Assembly: GCF_009914755.1 (NCBI RefSeq)
Contig: NC_060925.1
Reading direction: 5' to 3' (one strand)
DNA from: the human T2T-CHM13v2.0 reference genome, Homo sapiens
DNA length: 64,000 nucleotides
Shown here: in pieces, positions 1-15,784 of the stretch
Position numbering within the stretch: the stretch's first letter is position 1
How the letters are laid out: each line of letters begins with the position of its first letter
Program-made: the position numbers and the translations under genes
The notes under the pieces: model-generated
What the model saw: only the letters and a program-made list of their open reading frames with translations
The model's database searches: none
What the model was told of the DNA's origin: nothing

Positions 1-14
1 ATTTCTAATGTGGG

Positions 15-402
15 GGGTATGGGCTGAATGATGTTCTTCCAAAATTCATAAGTTGAAGCCCTAACCCCCTAGTACCTTAGAATGTGCCTGTGATTGCAGA
101 TGGGGTCTTTAAAGAGGTAATGAAGTTAAAGTGAGGTCATTAGGTTGGGTCTTAATCCAATAGACTGGTGTCCTTAGAAGATGAGGAAGAGACACCGGGA
201 GGGTGTGTGCACAGAGGCAAGGCTGTATGAGGACACGGGGAGTAGACAGCCATCTGCCTGCCAAGGAAGGGCTTCCAGAAGAAACCACTCCTGCCAACAC
301 TTCATCTCAGATGTCCAGCCTCCAGGACTGTGAGACAAGACGTTCCTATTAAGTCAGTCAGTCTGTGGTACTTGGTTAAGATGGTCAGAGCAAACTGCTA
401 CA
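15..402 (+). mobile_element. MLT1B-like MaLR solo LTR
   Basis: MLT1 motifs TATGGGCTGAAT..AAAATTCATA.GTTGAAGCCCTAACCCC, TAATCCAATAGACTGGTGTCCTT, CCAGCCTCCAGGACTGTGAGA; ends in TACA. Confidence 0.85.
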
Positions 403-420
403 GTAATTGGGAAAACTGCA

Positions 421-456
421 TGTGTGTGTGTGCATGTGTGTGCGTGTGTGTGCGTA
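421..456. repeat. Imperfect (TG)n microsatellite
   Basis: TGTGTGTGTGTGCATGTGTGTGCGTGTGTGTGCG read directly. Confidence 0.9.
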
Positions 457-1059
457 TGCTCTCATCTTGGTGCACCTGCGCCAGCATCTGAATGCTTGAG
501 TTGGTCATGGCACACTGGGCCCCAGGTGTCCAGAGACAGATATCCAGGTGCAGTGTCAGATGGGCCGTTCAGGTTCCTTGGGTCCATCTCTCCTACGATG
601 GCCAGTTTGTTTGGAGGATCACATCGGATGAATGGAAGGAAGTGGTAGCTGGTCTCATGGCCATGGCACTCTTCAGCCTACCAAATATAAATGCAGAAGT
701 CAGGACCACAGGAACAGTCTCTACTAAAGTGGAGGACCTGCCTTCCATTGCCTTTCGGTGCCAGGGAGACCTGGGGGAAAGCCTTTCACCTGGATGGGAA
801 GGTCTTGGTATTGATACCACATCTCTGCCTTGACCTTCAATCACTGCATCTCATCTCTGATCACTTTTCTTCAGCTTTGGTCTTTAGTTACAACATTCAT
901 GCAATTAAGTGATAAACGAGTTATCCCTAACTTTTTTAGATTAAAGGACACAGCAATCACCTTTCTGTCCGAGAGCACAGGCAAATGTTTTTGGGTCATG
1001 TAGACAGGAGGTTGTTTTAAAAAGCCGAGGTGGTACCATGTGATGTTTATTTTATGATC

Positions 1060-1272
1060 TCTGGAGTCAGACCACTGGGTTTTAACTCCTGTCTCCTCAG
1101 TTTGCTTTATATCACTTAGCAAATTTGTCAGCTTCCTGACCCTCAGTTTCATTATCTATAAAATGGTTTAATAGTCATTTTTTTTTATCAGGGGTTTTGA
1201 GAAGATTAATGAGGTAATGTATTGTTTATGTCACGTGGCCTGACACACGGTAAGTGCCTGATAAATGTGAGC
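1060..1272 (+). mobile_element. MIR SINE
   Basis: Core CCTCAGTTTCATTATCTATAAAATGG, GAAGATTAATGAGGTAATGTA, and tail GCCTGACACACGGTAAGTGCCTGATAAATG. Confidence 0.8.
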
Positions 1273-1544
1273 AACTCTTCCTACATTATTAAGCATCCCA
1301 TCAAATTGTACTTTAGGAATTATAGTGGCTAGGAAATGCACTTTGAATTCCAACAATTCTGGACTATTTAGCTCCACTTGAATTTGTGTCAGAAATATGG
1401 TAAATTTAATGAAGCTGGCTCATCGTTAAAATGCAAAGCTGTTCTGAGTCTGAAAAGAGACAATGCCTGGGAAGTATTTAATAGGGGCCCAGAATTTTCT
1501 AAGTGATCAATAAATGGTGACGATAAAATGTGCAGAGTCAAGAT

Positions 1545-1698
1545 GGGTATGATCTTGGTTTCCGTCCAGCTCTTCCACTAAGTAGCTTTGTGGCCTAAGG
1601 AAAGTCTCTTAAGTTCCTCAAGCCTCTCTCTCCTCATTGGTAAAGTATCAACAATAGTCGAACCTACCCTCCTAGGTTTGTGGTGAGGCTGAAATGTG
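1545..1698 (+). mobile_element. MIR SINE fragment
   Basis: CCAGCTCTTCCACTAAGTAGCTTTGTGGCCT..CCTCATTGGTAAA..ACCTACCCTCCTAGGTTTGTGGTGAGG. Confidence 0.7.
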
Positions 1699-2040
1699 CT
1701 TTGTGGGGCTTTGTATCGCTTTGTATTATGGTGGTGGCGGTTTTCCCCTGACATAGCTCTCTAGGATATGTAATGGTAAAGGATGAATAAGGGCTTTTCA
1801 AAATGGAGCTCTGAGCGGCTGTGGGAGCAATCTGTGTGGTACATCTGTGGCCCCGCTGGCTGCCAGGTGTCTGGAGACCTGTGCTCCATCTCTCCCCTCA
1901 TGCCATGTGCCTCCCTCCTGAGGCTGTGGGTTGCATCCAAGAGAATGACCTTCCTCGACAGAGGAGGGCAGCTCTCCAGGAAAAGAAATGGGAGGAACTT
2001 CCTTCTTCTGCTGGAACCCCCAACTACAGGTTTAAAATGC

Positions 2041-2081
2041 TGTGTGTGTGTGTGTGTGTGTGTGCACATGTGTGTGTGTGT
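2041..2081. repeat. (TG)n microsatellite with one interruption
   Basis: Read directly. Confidence 0.9.
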
Positions 2082-2514
2082 ACATCTTTAGTTAGTGAGA
2101 CCACGGTAGGTGGTTTCAGGTGGTGTTTAGAAGGTATGGTGCTGACTGGAAAGGGTGGCAACAGAAATGATAACTATCCAAGGAGGTGAGGCTTATGCAG
2201 TTTGCAAAATGCAGACAAATCGGCATACACCATGTTTTTAAAGTTACATTTAGGTCAAGGAGAAAAATGAAAAAGCCTTACTTAGGCTTCTGATGAAACG
2301 GGGAAAGGAAGAAAGCAAGTGTTTTTGACTACCAGCTTAGTGCCAAGCACGGTGGCTGGCACTTTCCAAAAAATTCTTCCATTCAGATAAAAAGAGAGAG
2401 CACTCAACTCCTTTTACCTCCTGTTTTCTTGATCGAGGAGAAAGCTGTTTACAGTAAAAATGTATTTGCAAGAGAATTTTAAGATAATTTCCAAGAAAAG
2501 TTAGGAAACGGTAA

Positions 2515-3726
<1,212 letters not shown>

Positions 3727-4313
3727 TTAAACTCTATGATCCTAAGTAAAAGATAAGAGAAGCAGTTAACTAACTTCCTTTTAGTTAGGTACTCCAGGGT
3801 ACTACTTTTTGTGATGGCAGACACACTTAAGCTATTTGTAAATGTGTCACCACCTTTTCAAATAATTTTCATTGAAGGTTAACATGTTTTCTCTGAGAAA
3901 AATTTATTTAATTAAAAACCTTGTGTATATAAGGGCTACAATAAAATTTTCATGGACTCTGAGATGAAAAGACATGTATATCTTCTTGAAGTTATATAGT
4001 TAGCAAATGTAAAGGCTATAGGGGTGGATTGTGTATTATGCAACTGCTAAACACTGTCTTGCAATTTGTGTGCGTGTGTTTTGTATTAAACCATGTGCTC
4101 CTGTCCTTGCTAGTACAGTGGCTTTTATAATTTTTGAGATGATGCCCATAGTGAGAACCACATTTTTCATAGTGTTCCAGGGTATGCACATATCATATAC
4201 TCCACACAGAACTGCAACAAAAAACTCAGGAAACAATACTTACCCTAAGATGCTTTCTCATTTATTCTGCTTTATTTGCTTCTATCCTATTTTTATTTAA
4301 AAATACTGATGAG

Positions 4314-4621
4314 AGCTGAGTGCTGTGGCTCATACCTGTAATCCCAGCACTTTGGGAGGCCAAGGCTGGAGGATTACTTGAGCCTAGGAGTTTGAGACCA
4401 GCTCAGGCAACATAGCAAGACCTAGTCTCTACAAAAAAATAGGAAAATTAGCTAGATGTGGTGGTGCGTGTCTGTAGTCCCAGCTACTAGGAGGCTGGGG
4501 TGCGAGGATCACTTGAGCCTAGGAGTTCAAGGTTACAGTGAGCTACGACTGTGCCACTGCGCTCAAATCTGGGTGACAGAGTGGGGCCCTCTCTCTTAAC
4601 AACAAAAATAACAACAAAAAA
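4314..4621 (+). mobile_element. AluJ
   Basis: Full dimer with J features (GAGCCTAGGAG, CAACATAGCAAGACC, GAGTTCAAGGTTACAGTGAGCTA). Confidence 0.92.
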
Positions 4622-4664
4622 GTGATGAAGACTTTCTCCTTTGATCCTATCAGTCACTATTTTT

Positions 4665-4935
<271 letters not shown>

Positions 4936-5243
4936 CAGTCACTATTTTTAAAGCAATGCTCTGGCAGAGACTGAATACACGTTTAATGCTATAGCTGTCT
5001 CTTTTCTTCCAAGGAGAAACTGTTTTATGTTATCATCTCATATTACATCATTTTAAATGATGTCAAGTGAAATACTTTGAGATAGAGTTTCTATTTTATA
5101 GCTGGAGAACAGGGTTACGGTGAGTGTCATAATTATGAAAAAAGCTGGCATCTTGCCATTGGCTTATGGATCATTTTGCAATGATTTGCCCAAAGCCTGT
5201 CAGCCATCACATGTCCAGGAATTAGGGAAAAGAATTGTTGCTT

Positions 5244-5895
5244 ATAGACTCTTAGTGTAGGAAGGACATGTAGAGGTCATCTATTCTAACATCTCACCGA
5301 GTGCGGGGGTCCCTTCTGTAGTAGTTTCACAGTTGACCATTCAGTATCTGCTTGATTACCTTCAGAAACAGAGAGCCCACTGTGTTAGTTTTTTATTGTT
5401 GCTATAATACATTAACACATATTTCATGGCTGAAAGCAACACAAATACATTATCTTACAGTTTTGTAGTTGAGAGGTCTGTAAAGGGTCTCAGTGGGCTA
5501 AAATCAAGGTGTTGGCAGAACTACATTTCTTTCTGAAGGTTCTAGGAGAGAATCCGTTTTCATGCCTTTTTCAGTTCCTAGAGGTTGTTAGCATTCCGGG
5601 GCCAGCTATGGAGGTCATGCCATTCCATCTTCAAGACCAGCAATGGCTAGTAGAGTCTTTCTCACATCCTATCACGCTGACCCACAAGTCTTCTGCTTCT
5701 TCTATCTGCAACCTTAACCCTCCCTTGACAGGGAAGGTAACATTCACAGGGTCTAGAAATTATGATGTGGGCCTTTTTTTTTGGTGGGGGGCGCGGGGGG
5801 CATTGCTGTGCCTGACCACCCCCATCCCATCTCCCCACCTTTTCCCCCTGGCAAGCCAATTCTACTTTCTGATGGTTCTAATTTTGGGAATCACA
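5244..5895 (-). mobile_element. L3/CR1 3' region, split by an MLT1 LTR
   Basis: ATAGACTCTTAGTGTAGGAAGGACATGTAGAGGTCATCTATTCTAAC, CAGTATCTGCTTGATTACCTTCAG; resumes after the LTR (GGCAAGCCAATTCTACTTTCTGATGGTTCTAATT). Confidence 0.55.
5381..5820 (-). mobile_element. MLT1D-like MaLR solo LTR
   Basis: TGTGTTAGTTT..ATTATCTTACAGTT..GGGCTAAAATCAAGGTGTTGGCAG..AAGGTAACATTCACAGG; 5-bp flanks CCCAC/CCCAT. Confidence 0.85.
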
Positions 5896-6060
5896 CATAT
5901 GTTGACTTATGACAATGACTGCTATTCATGCAGCAGGTGAGTTTTTAAAAGAGAAATAAAGGAATCTGCAACCTGGAGATTTTCAACTTTGAGACCACCA
6001 GCCGTTTTGAAGGCTGAGACTGAGCGAAAACTGGTAGAAACTAATTCATAGGCAGTAATG

Positions 6061-6076
6061 TCTCCCTCTACTGGCT
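6061..6076 (-). promoter_or_regulatory. Possible CTCF core motif
   Basis: Minus strand GCCAGTAGAGGGAGA versus consensus CCASYAGRKGGCRS; motif match only. Confidence 0.3.
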
Positions 6077-6779
6077 GCAGAGTTAACACGTGCATTTTGC
6101 AGATAGAAATGCTTGGTGGTTGCCAGAAAGAGGGTAACAATGAGTTTTGAATAAAGAGCCGAGAAGTATCTGTAAGATACGAAACTGGTGGATATCTTAG
6201 TTGCACTGTGCTTACTTGGTCACTGTGGAGAAGGTATTTTTAAGGTCGCCACGCCCAGGCCTCGGAGGTTCGGTGGGTTGGGAGGGTTTATAGGGAGTCC
6301 TTTGGCAGTTCTGATTTTGTTAGGGATTCAGATCTGCTGAGCCGTGTGAGTTTGGTGTGCTGCCTGTGACTCTCATCCACAGAGGGGAAAGAACTAAGCA
6401 AAGGGATGACTTAACAAAAGCTGTTTTGCTAAAAAAAAAAAAAAAGCAGACTTATAGATCCTTACTGCTTCATTCTTTTAACACTGAAATTGCAGTAGTT
6501 GAGTAAACGCTTTAACATACTTTACTATTATGAGGATGCCTTCATTTTGGAGAGATGAAAATTTAATTGAAGACCAAAACCAGAAAGTTTAAGGAATTAC
6601 ATAAAAATATTAACGTCATTGTTTTTGTGCTAAGTTCCTCAAATGCGTTCTAAATATTAAACTGAATGAAAAAATCAGTGTAGACAGTTTTTCAAATTAA
6701 AGTTCTTTGTAAAAAACAAACATGTATCATAAAATAAGTATTACTTTTTCCTTTCGTGCCTATTTTGGTTTTATTTAAG

Positions 6780-7738
<959 letters not shown>

Positions 7739-7769
7739 CCTGTGTAAAGACTTATGGAAAGAATTTTTA

Positions 7770-9425
7770 TTTTATTTTTTTTATTTATTTATTTTTTTAA
7801 ATTTATTTTTTATTGATAATTCTTGGGTGTTTCTCACAGAGGGGGATTTGGCAGGGTCATAGGACAATAGTGGAGGGAAGGTCAGCAGATAAACAAGTGA
7901 ACAAAGGTCTCTGGTTTTCCTAGGCAGAGGACCCTGTGGCCTTCCGCAGTGTTTGTGTCCCTGGGTACTTGAGATTAGGGAGTGGTGATGACTCTTAACG
8001 AGCATGCTGCCTTCAAGCATCTGCTTAACAAAGCACATCTTGCACCGCCCTTAATCCATTTAACCCTGAGTGGACACAGCACATGTTTCAGAGAGCACAG
8101 GGTTGGGGGTAAGGTCACAGATCAACAGGATCCCAAGGCAGAAGAATTTTTCTTAGTACAGAACAAAATGAAAAGTCTCCCATGTCTACTTCTTTCTACA
8201 CAGACAGGGCAACCATCCGATTTCTCAATCTTTTCCCCACCTTTCCCGCCTTTCTATTCCACAAAGCCGCCATTGTCATCCTGGCCCGTTCTCAATGAGC
8301 TGTTGGGTACACCTCCCAGACGGGGTGGTGGCCGGGCAGAGGGGCTCCTCACTTCCCAGTAGGGGCGGCTGGGCAGAGGCGCCCCTCACCTCCCGGACGG
8401 GGCGGCTGGCCGGGCGGGGGGCTGACCCCCCCACCTCCCTCCCAGAAGGGGGCGGCTGGCCGGGCAGGGGGCTGACCCCCCCACCTCCTTCCCGGACGGG
8501 GCGGCTGGCCGGGCGGGGGGCTGATGCCCCCACCTCCCTCCCGGACGGGGCGGCTGGCCTGGCGGGGGGCTGACCCCCCCCACCTCCCTCCCGGACGGGG
8601 TGGCTGCCGGGCGGAGACGCTCCTCACTTCCCAGACGGGGCGGCTGCCGGGCGGAGGGTCTCCTCACTTCTCAGACGGGGCGGCCGGGCAGAGATGCTCC
8701 TCACCTCCCAGACGGGGTCGCGGCCGGGCAGAGGTGCTCCTCACATCCCAGACGGGGCGGCGGGGCAGAGGCGCTCCTCACATCCCAGACAATGGGCGGC
8801 CGGGCAGAGACGCTCCTCACTTCCTAGATAGGATGGCGGCTGGGCAGAGGTGCTCCTCACTTCCTAGGTGGGATGGTGGCCGGGCGGAGACGCTCCTCAC
8901 TTTCCAGACTGGGCAGCCAGGCAGAGGGGCTCCTCACATCCCAGACGATGGGCGGCCAGGCAGAGATGCTCCTCACTTCCCAGATGGGGTGGCGGCCGGG
9001 CAGAGGCTGCAATCTCGGCACTTTGGGAGGCCAAGGCAGGCGGCTGGGAGGTGGAGGTTGTAGCGAGCCGAGATCACGCCACTGCACTCCAGCCTGGGCA
9101 CCATTGAGCACTGAGTGAACGAGACTCCGTCTGCAATCCCGGCACCTCGGGAGGCCGAGGCTGGCGGATCACTTGCGGTTAGGGGCTGGAGACCGGCCTG
9201 GCCAACACAGCGAAACCCCGTCTCCACCAAAACCAGTCAGGCGTGGCGGCACGAGCCTGCGATCGCAGGCACTCGGCAGGCTGAGTCAGGAGAATCAGGC
9301 AGGGAGGTTGCAGTGAGCCGAGATGGCAGCAGTACAGTCCAGCTTCGGCTCAGCATGAGAGGGAGACTGTGGAAAGAGAGGGAGAGGCAGACCGTGGGGA
9401 GAGGGAGAGGGAGAGGGAGAGGGAC
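7770..9425 (-). mobile_element. Full-length SVA retrotransposon (SVA_D/F-like)
   Basis: Element order: (CCCTCT)n hexamers ~9397-9424, Alu-like domain ~9000-9390, GC-rich VNTR ~8310-9000, SINE-R ~7815-8310, poly(A) tail; 15-bp TSD TGGAAAGAATTTTTA at 7755-7769 and 9426-9440. Confidence 0.98.
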
Positions 9426-9474
9426 TGGAAAGAATTTTTAAATCCCTTCAGAAAGTTGTTCAATTTCCCTCTGC

Positions 9475-10100
9475 CAGTGATAGCAAAGAAGGTGGTATAG
9501 CTAGAGTAGGGTGAATAAGGGAGTGAGTGGTAAGAGATCAGAGAGAGGTGGCAGTGCAGATTGTGTAGGACCTCTTTGAGCAGTTTATTAATTTGGACCA
9601 TGACTTTGAGTAAGTCAAGCCATCAGAAGTTTTGAGCAGAAGAGTGACATGATCTCAGTTACATTTTAGTAAGGCCACCATGGCTGCCAGAATAGACTGA
9701 ATGGCAGGGATTGGGAGGTCGGGATGGGAAGGACCAAAATACAATCACAGAGAACTGCTGCAGCTGCAGAGAGCTGTTGCAGTGATCCAGGGGAGGAATG
9801 GTAGTAGCTGGCATCAGGATGCTAGCAGGAGAGGTGGAGAAAAGAGGTTGGATTCTGGATATATTTTGAATATAGAGATAACAGGAACAGAGGTTGGATA
9901 TGAGTAGAAAAGGTGTTAAAGAAGACTTTAAGGTTCTTAGCCTAAGCGATTTGAAGGATAGAGCTGCCATTTTCTGGTGTGGAGAAGATTGAAGGAAGAG
10001 TAGCTTTGAGTGGGAAGAGGAAAAGTTTATATTTTGACTTGTTAAGTTTGAAATACATTTTAGACATTCAAGGGCAAATGGAGAACAGGTAGTTGGACAT
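9475..10100 (-). mobile_element. L2 LINE fragment
   Basis: TTTTGAGCAGAAGAGTGACATGATCT, TGCAGTGATCCAGG, GGATTCTGGATATATTTTGAA, TGTTAAGTTTGAAAT, CAGGTAGTTGGA. Confidence 0.85.
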
Positions 10101-10104
10101 CTGA

Positions 10105-10272
10105 CTACTTTCTGCCACCCCCACTACAACCTTCCCAGCCCAAGGCACTGCCTTCTCTCATCTGGATTACTGCAGTGCAGTAGCATCCCAGCTGGTATTC
10201 CTGCTTCTGCCATTGTCCCTTTTCTATTTCCACGCAACAGCTAGAGTTAGTTCCTTAAAAATATAAGTCAGA
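10105..10272 (+). mobile_element. L2 LINE fragment
   Basis: CTCTCATCTGGATTACTGCAGT..CCTGCTTCTGCC..CAGCTAGAG..TTAAAAATATAAGTCAGA. Confidence 0.75.
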
Positions 10273-10582
10273 CTTCTGCTTCATGTATTGATGGACTAGG
10301 CATTTTGGACACATATTCCTGTTGAAGGCAACCAAGAAGCCCAGATAAAGTCTTTGAAAAAATCTACTTGAAGACAGATGTTAGTGATGGCTAATAATAT
10401 GATGAAGAATTACTGTCCAGGATTCGGGAGAACATGGAAATCAAGAGAGGAGAAACTGACATTCGGATGCATTTTTCTGGAGATGTACACTTAGTCTAGA
10501 GAATGTTGCTGAGAGTTCTAGAAGCAATTTTGACAGATTGAAGAGTCTGCAGGAATGCAGATCTCTCTTCAGCATGACACTT

Positions 10583-11262
10583 GCCAAGATATGGAATCCA
10601 CCTAAGTGTCTATAATGGGTAAAGTATGAGATATATATATGTGTGTAGCATAATGATATATATAATATATATAGTATGATATATAGTATGATATAGTATA
10701 ACATATATAGTATAATGATACATATATATAGTATAATAGTATAATGAAATACTATTCAGCCATAAAAAAGAATGAAATTCTGTCATTCTTGGCAACATGA
10801 ATGAACTATGAGGACATTATGCTAAGAGAAATAAGCCAAGCATCTGAAGAAAAGTGCCACACATCATCTCACTTATATGTGGAATCTAAAAAAGTTTAAT
10901 TCATAGAAATGACTAGTACAATGGTGGTTTCCAGGAGCTTGGCTGGGGTTAGGGAGGACATGAAATGGGGAGATTGTGGTCAAAGAGTATGAAGTTTCAG
11001 TTAGATAGTATGAATAAGTTGTGAATAAGTTCTGGAGATCTATTGTACAGCATGGTGACTATAGTTAATGTATGCTTGAGAATTGCTAAGAGAGTAGATC
11101 TTAAACATTCTTACTACAAAAAATAGGTATGTGAGGTGATAGATATGTTAATTAGTTTGAGTTAATCATTTCACATTATATACATATGTCAAAACATCAC
11201 GTTGTACACAGCAAATATACATAATTTTTATTTGTGAATTATACCTTTATAAAACTGGGGGA
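10583..11262 (+). mobile_element. L1MA9-like 3' end with internal TA-rich expansion
   Basis: GCCAAGATATGGAA, TTCTGGAGATCTATTGTACAGCATGGTGACTATAGTTAAT, GCTAAGAGAGTAGATCTTAAA. Confidence 0.88.
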
Positions 11263-11439
11263 AGAGTAAAAAAGAGAGTATGGAGGAAAATGTGAAATTC
11301 AAAGCTAGCTAAGGGGTTATCCTCTGTGTTTGGGATTGGTTCCCTAGAGAACTACATAACTAGGAAAAGAGTGAACTGAAAATAGACCAATAGCCTGGCT
11401 ATTACAGGGCCTTATGTCCCCTTAAAAATCATCTCACTA

Positions 11440-11719
11440 GGTTGGGCACGGTGATTCACACCTGTAATCCCAGTACTTTGGGAGGCTGAGGTAGGTGGAT
11501 CATGAGGTCAGGAGTTCGAGACCAGCCTGACCATCATGGCATAACCCCATCTTCACTAAAAATACAAAAATTAGCCAGGCGTGGTGGTGTGCACCTGTAA
11601 TCCCAGTTACTCAGGAGGCTGAGGCAGGAGAATTGCTTGAACCCAGTGAGCTGAGATGGTGCCATTGCACTCCAGCCTGGGTGACAGAGCGAGACTCTGT
11701 CTCAAAATAAAAAAAAAAA
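11440..11719 (+). mobile_element. AluSg-like with right-arm deletion
   Basis: GATCATGAGGTCAGGAGTTCGAG; AACCCAGTGAGC lacks the GGAGGCGGAGGTTG segment; TSD TCATCTCACTA. Confidence 0.93.
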
Positions 11720-12681
11720 GTCATCTCACTAACTGACAGTAGACTAAGGTGATCCTGGATTATGATCAGGCATCTAGCAGAAGTAAATGTTAATTTTCTC
11801 TAGAGAAAGATAACATCGCCATATGCCTCAAATTATTTATATGATCAATTTTTTTAGATACAGGGTCTTATAGAAATCTAAAATAGCCCAGCTGTTCCCT
11901 GGCAGATGGGAAAGGAATTCTGAGAAAGTCTCATCTCTGAGACAGTCACACAGGGCTGTCTAAGACTGAGGCTAGGGTAAGAGAAGTGAGAAACTCTCCT
12001 GTCTCCACTCTGAGCTTTACACCAAGTAAAAAGCAACACTATTGTACTGCTGAGGAGGGGCAAAAGCCAGAGAAAGATAGCCCCTGGCACAGATGAGCAG
12101 GGTCTGCTGAAAGGGAAGGTGAAGCAGGAATACTGAGAAAAGATACCCCAGGCCTCACACTAAGCCCAAGATAATGACAGTTCCCCCTGGGAGGAATTTG
12201 AAGTCTGTGGAACACTGAAGGCAACTTCCTGTAGTTACAAAACTCAAACCCAGTTTAACTGTATACTAGATCAACTCAACTTCTCACACTAATGGCCTGA
12301 TAGAAGAAAAGGCATGTACATTTCTGGTTGTAAATATTATTATCTTTGATTCTCTTAAATGGAATGTTTAGTATTCAATAAAACATCATGAGATAAACAA
12401 AAGAGTCAAGTGATGGGGTGGGGAGGGGGAACAAGGCCCATTGTCAAGAAATAAAATAGTCAACAGAAACAGACCAAGAGATGGCCCAGATATTTGAACT
12501 ATTGGACAGGGCCGTTAAAAATAGCTATGATTAATAAGTTGAAGGAGTTCATGGAAAAGGTTAATACTAGGCTTGAAGTGATGGGGAATTTCAGGAGAGG
12601 TATGAAAACTGTAAAAGTGAATCAACTAGAAATGCTAGAATTGGAAAACATAATATCAAAGATGAAGAATTGTTTTGACAG

Positions 12682-13515
<834 letters not shown>

Positions 13516-13809
13516 TGATGGACATTTCAGCAGACTGGACACTTCAGAGGCAGAATTGGTGAACTTGAAGAGAGGTCAATAAAAGGCATCCAAACCAAAC
13601 ACAAAGAATGGCAAAAAATGACAAAACTGAACATCACATCTGAGATATGTGAGGAAAATATGAAACCCATGCAGTGGGACTCACAGAAGGAAAAGAAAGG
13701 GGTAGAATAAGTATTTTTTATCAGGAAAAATTTTTCTAAAATTAATGAAAGGCAACAAATCACATATCCAAGAAGCTTAGAGAACCTCAGGCAGGGTAAG
13801 TACATTGAG

Positions 13810-14312
13810 AGTAAGGATTGGGAAAATGTCGAAGTGTTAAGGAGAGAAGAAACCTGAAATTGCATGGGATGATGTGAGAGTGAACAGGGAAATGTCACAT
13901 GATTCTCACTGGTCCCACTTAATGCAGTGTTCAGGTAAAGTTGGGTTTTTTACCAAGGATGGTTTTTTGTCAAGCAAGTAAAGGGAAGGAAGAGAGGGTA
14001 GGCACTGAGGAAGCATGCAAGGGAGATCTGTGATGATGGCTGATTGACATGCTCTGGGTAATGAAAGAAGTGAGGACTTCAGAGGAGACAGCGTGGGTTG
14101 GGAGACAGTGGGCTGGTGGCAAGATTAGGAATTGTAGGGTTCAGGGGCCGGACAAGTCTGCACACAGGACTTCCGAGAATGTAAGTGAGATGCTTGGAAT
14201 TGGGGCTGTGGGGGCTGTACTTAGTAAGGTCCAGGGAATGACCTTAGGTATGAGAGATGGAGATCAGGTGGAGAGCGAGGTCACTGGGAAAGAACAAATC
14301 AAGAAAGTGACA
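13810..14312 (-). mobile_element. L2 internal fragment
   Basis: Purine-rich tract with L2-like AGTGAGATGCTTGGAATTG, AAGGTCCAGGGAATGACC, GAGGTCACTGG. Confidence 0.5.
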
Positions 14313-14673
14313 GACTACTTTCTTGAATGTGATAATCTGTGTGATTTAGACCATTGGTTTAGAATGCATTTCCTAGGCCCCCTTTCTTACTTGATATGAA
14401 TAAGAGGGAGTAAATGATATGTTTAGTCTCTGGTGAAGACCTAGATATTTTGCTCAGCTCCAGGTTTAATAGGAGGGAGGGTTGAGTTATTTGTTGGAAG
14501 TTGAGAGGTCTAGTAGTCCCACTCATTTGGAATGTCTTTATTGTAATTTATGCACAAGAAGAAAACATATAGATACTGTATGGTCAAGATTGGATTGTCA
14601 TTCCAATTAGACATTCCCCCAGTTGTTTGTCAGGAGTAGGAGAAGAGAGCAACTTGTATAAGAAGTGGGAGTC

Positions 14674-14975
<302 letters not shown>

Positions 14976-15307
14976 TTAGGAAAGGTATGAAAACTTGCAC
15001 CCTTTTGGTTGTCCACGTTTCCATTGGTGGTTATTGGAGGTGTTCCCTTGGGTCTGAAGTACCAAGCTCACTAGGATGACTTCTGAATGATTCACCGCTG
15101 ATCTGACTGATCCAGCACTTGTGATACTTGGAGGACATTGGGCAGCTTCTGAGACACTGTGGTTCAGGAAACCTTGAAGTTCCTGGCACAGAATCCACAC
15201 TGGTAAGCCTCACTGGTCCCCTGGCTTGGCACACATTACTGAGAGAGTCCCTCCCTTAGAAAGAACAACCACTGATTTCTGGGTGTTCAGTTATTTTTTT
15301 TAATCAG

Positions 15308-15659
15308 TGTATTTGTCCATGTTCATGCTGTTAATCAAGACATACCTGAGACTGGGTAATTTACAAAGGAAAGAGGTTTAACTGACTCACAGTTCCACGT
15401 GGCTGGGGAGGCCCCACAGTCATGGTGGAAGAGCAAGGGATGTCTTATATGGCAGCAGGCAAGAGAGAGCTTGTGCAGGGAAACTCCCCCTTATAAAATC
15501 ATCAGATCTCATGAAACTTATTCACTATCACAAGAACAGCATGGGAAAGACCTGCCCCCATGATTCAGTTACCTCCCACTGGGTCCCTCCCACATGTGAG
15601 AATTGTGGGAGCTACAATTCAAGATGAGATTTGGGTGGGGACACAGCCAAACGATATCA
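15308..15659 (-). mobile_element. THE1 (THE1C-like) MaLR solo LTR
   Basis: AAGACATACCTGAGACTGGGTAATTTA..GATGAGATTTGGGTGGGGACACAGCCAAAC.ATATCA; perfect 5-bp TSD ATCAG. Confidence 0.95.
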
Positions 15660-15784
15660 ATCAGTTTGTCTGATGTTCTCTTTAATGATAATCTATGTAA
15701 AGATGATCAGGGTGAAATAGAATTTAATACTTCCTTTCAAAGCAAGTGGTCAAAGGTCAAAATATTTGATTCTATCATAATCAA

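Noticed and set aside
5931-6240. Consensus donor CAG/GTGAGT at 5937 and a possible exon 6103-6233
   Set aside because: No convincing paired acceptor, weak pyrimidine tract; isolated splice-like motifs are expected in 64 kb
8310-9000. Repeat array superficially like a CRISPR array or CpG-island promoter
   Set aside because: It is the SVA VNTR: tandem degenerate units without unique spacers, in human DNA
7781-9441. Cluster of overlapping Pro/Arg/Gly-rich ORFs up to 179 aa
   Set aside because: All lie in the SVA; the GC-rich VNTR simply lacks stop codons
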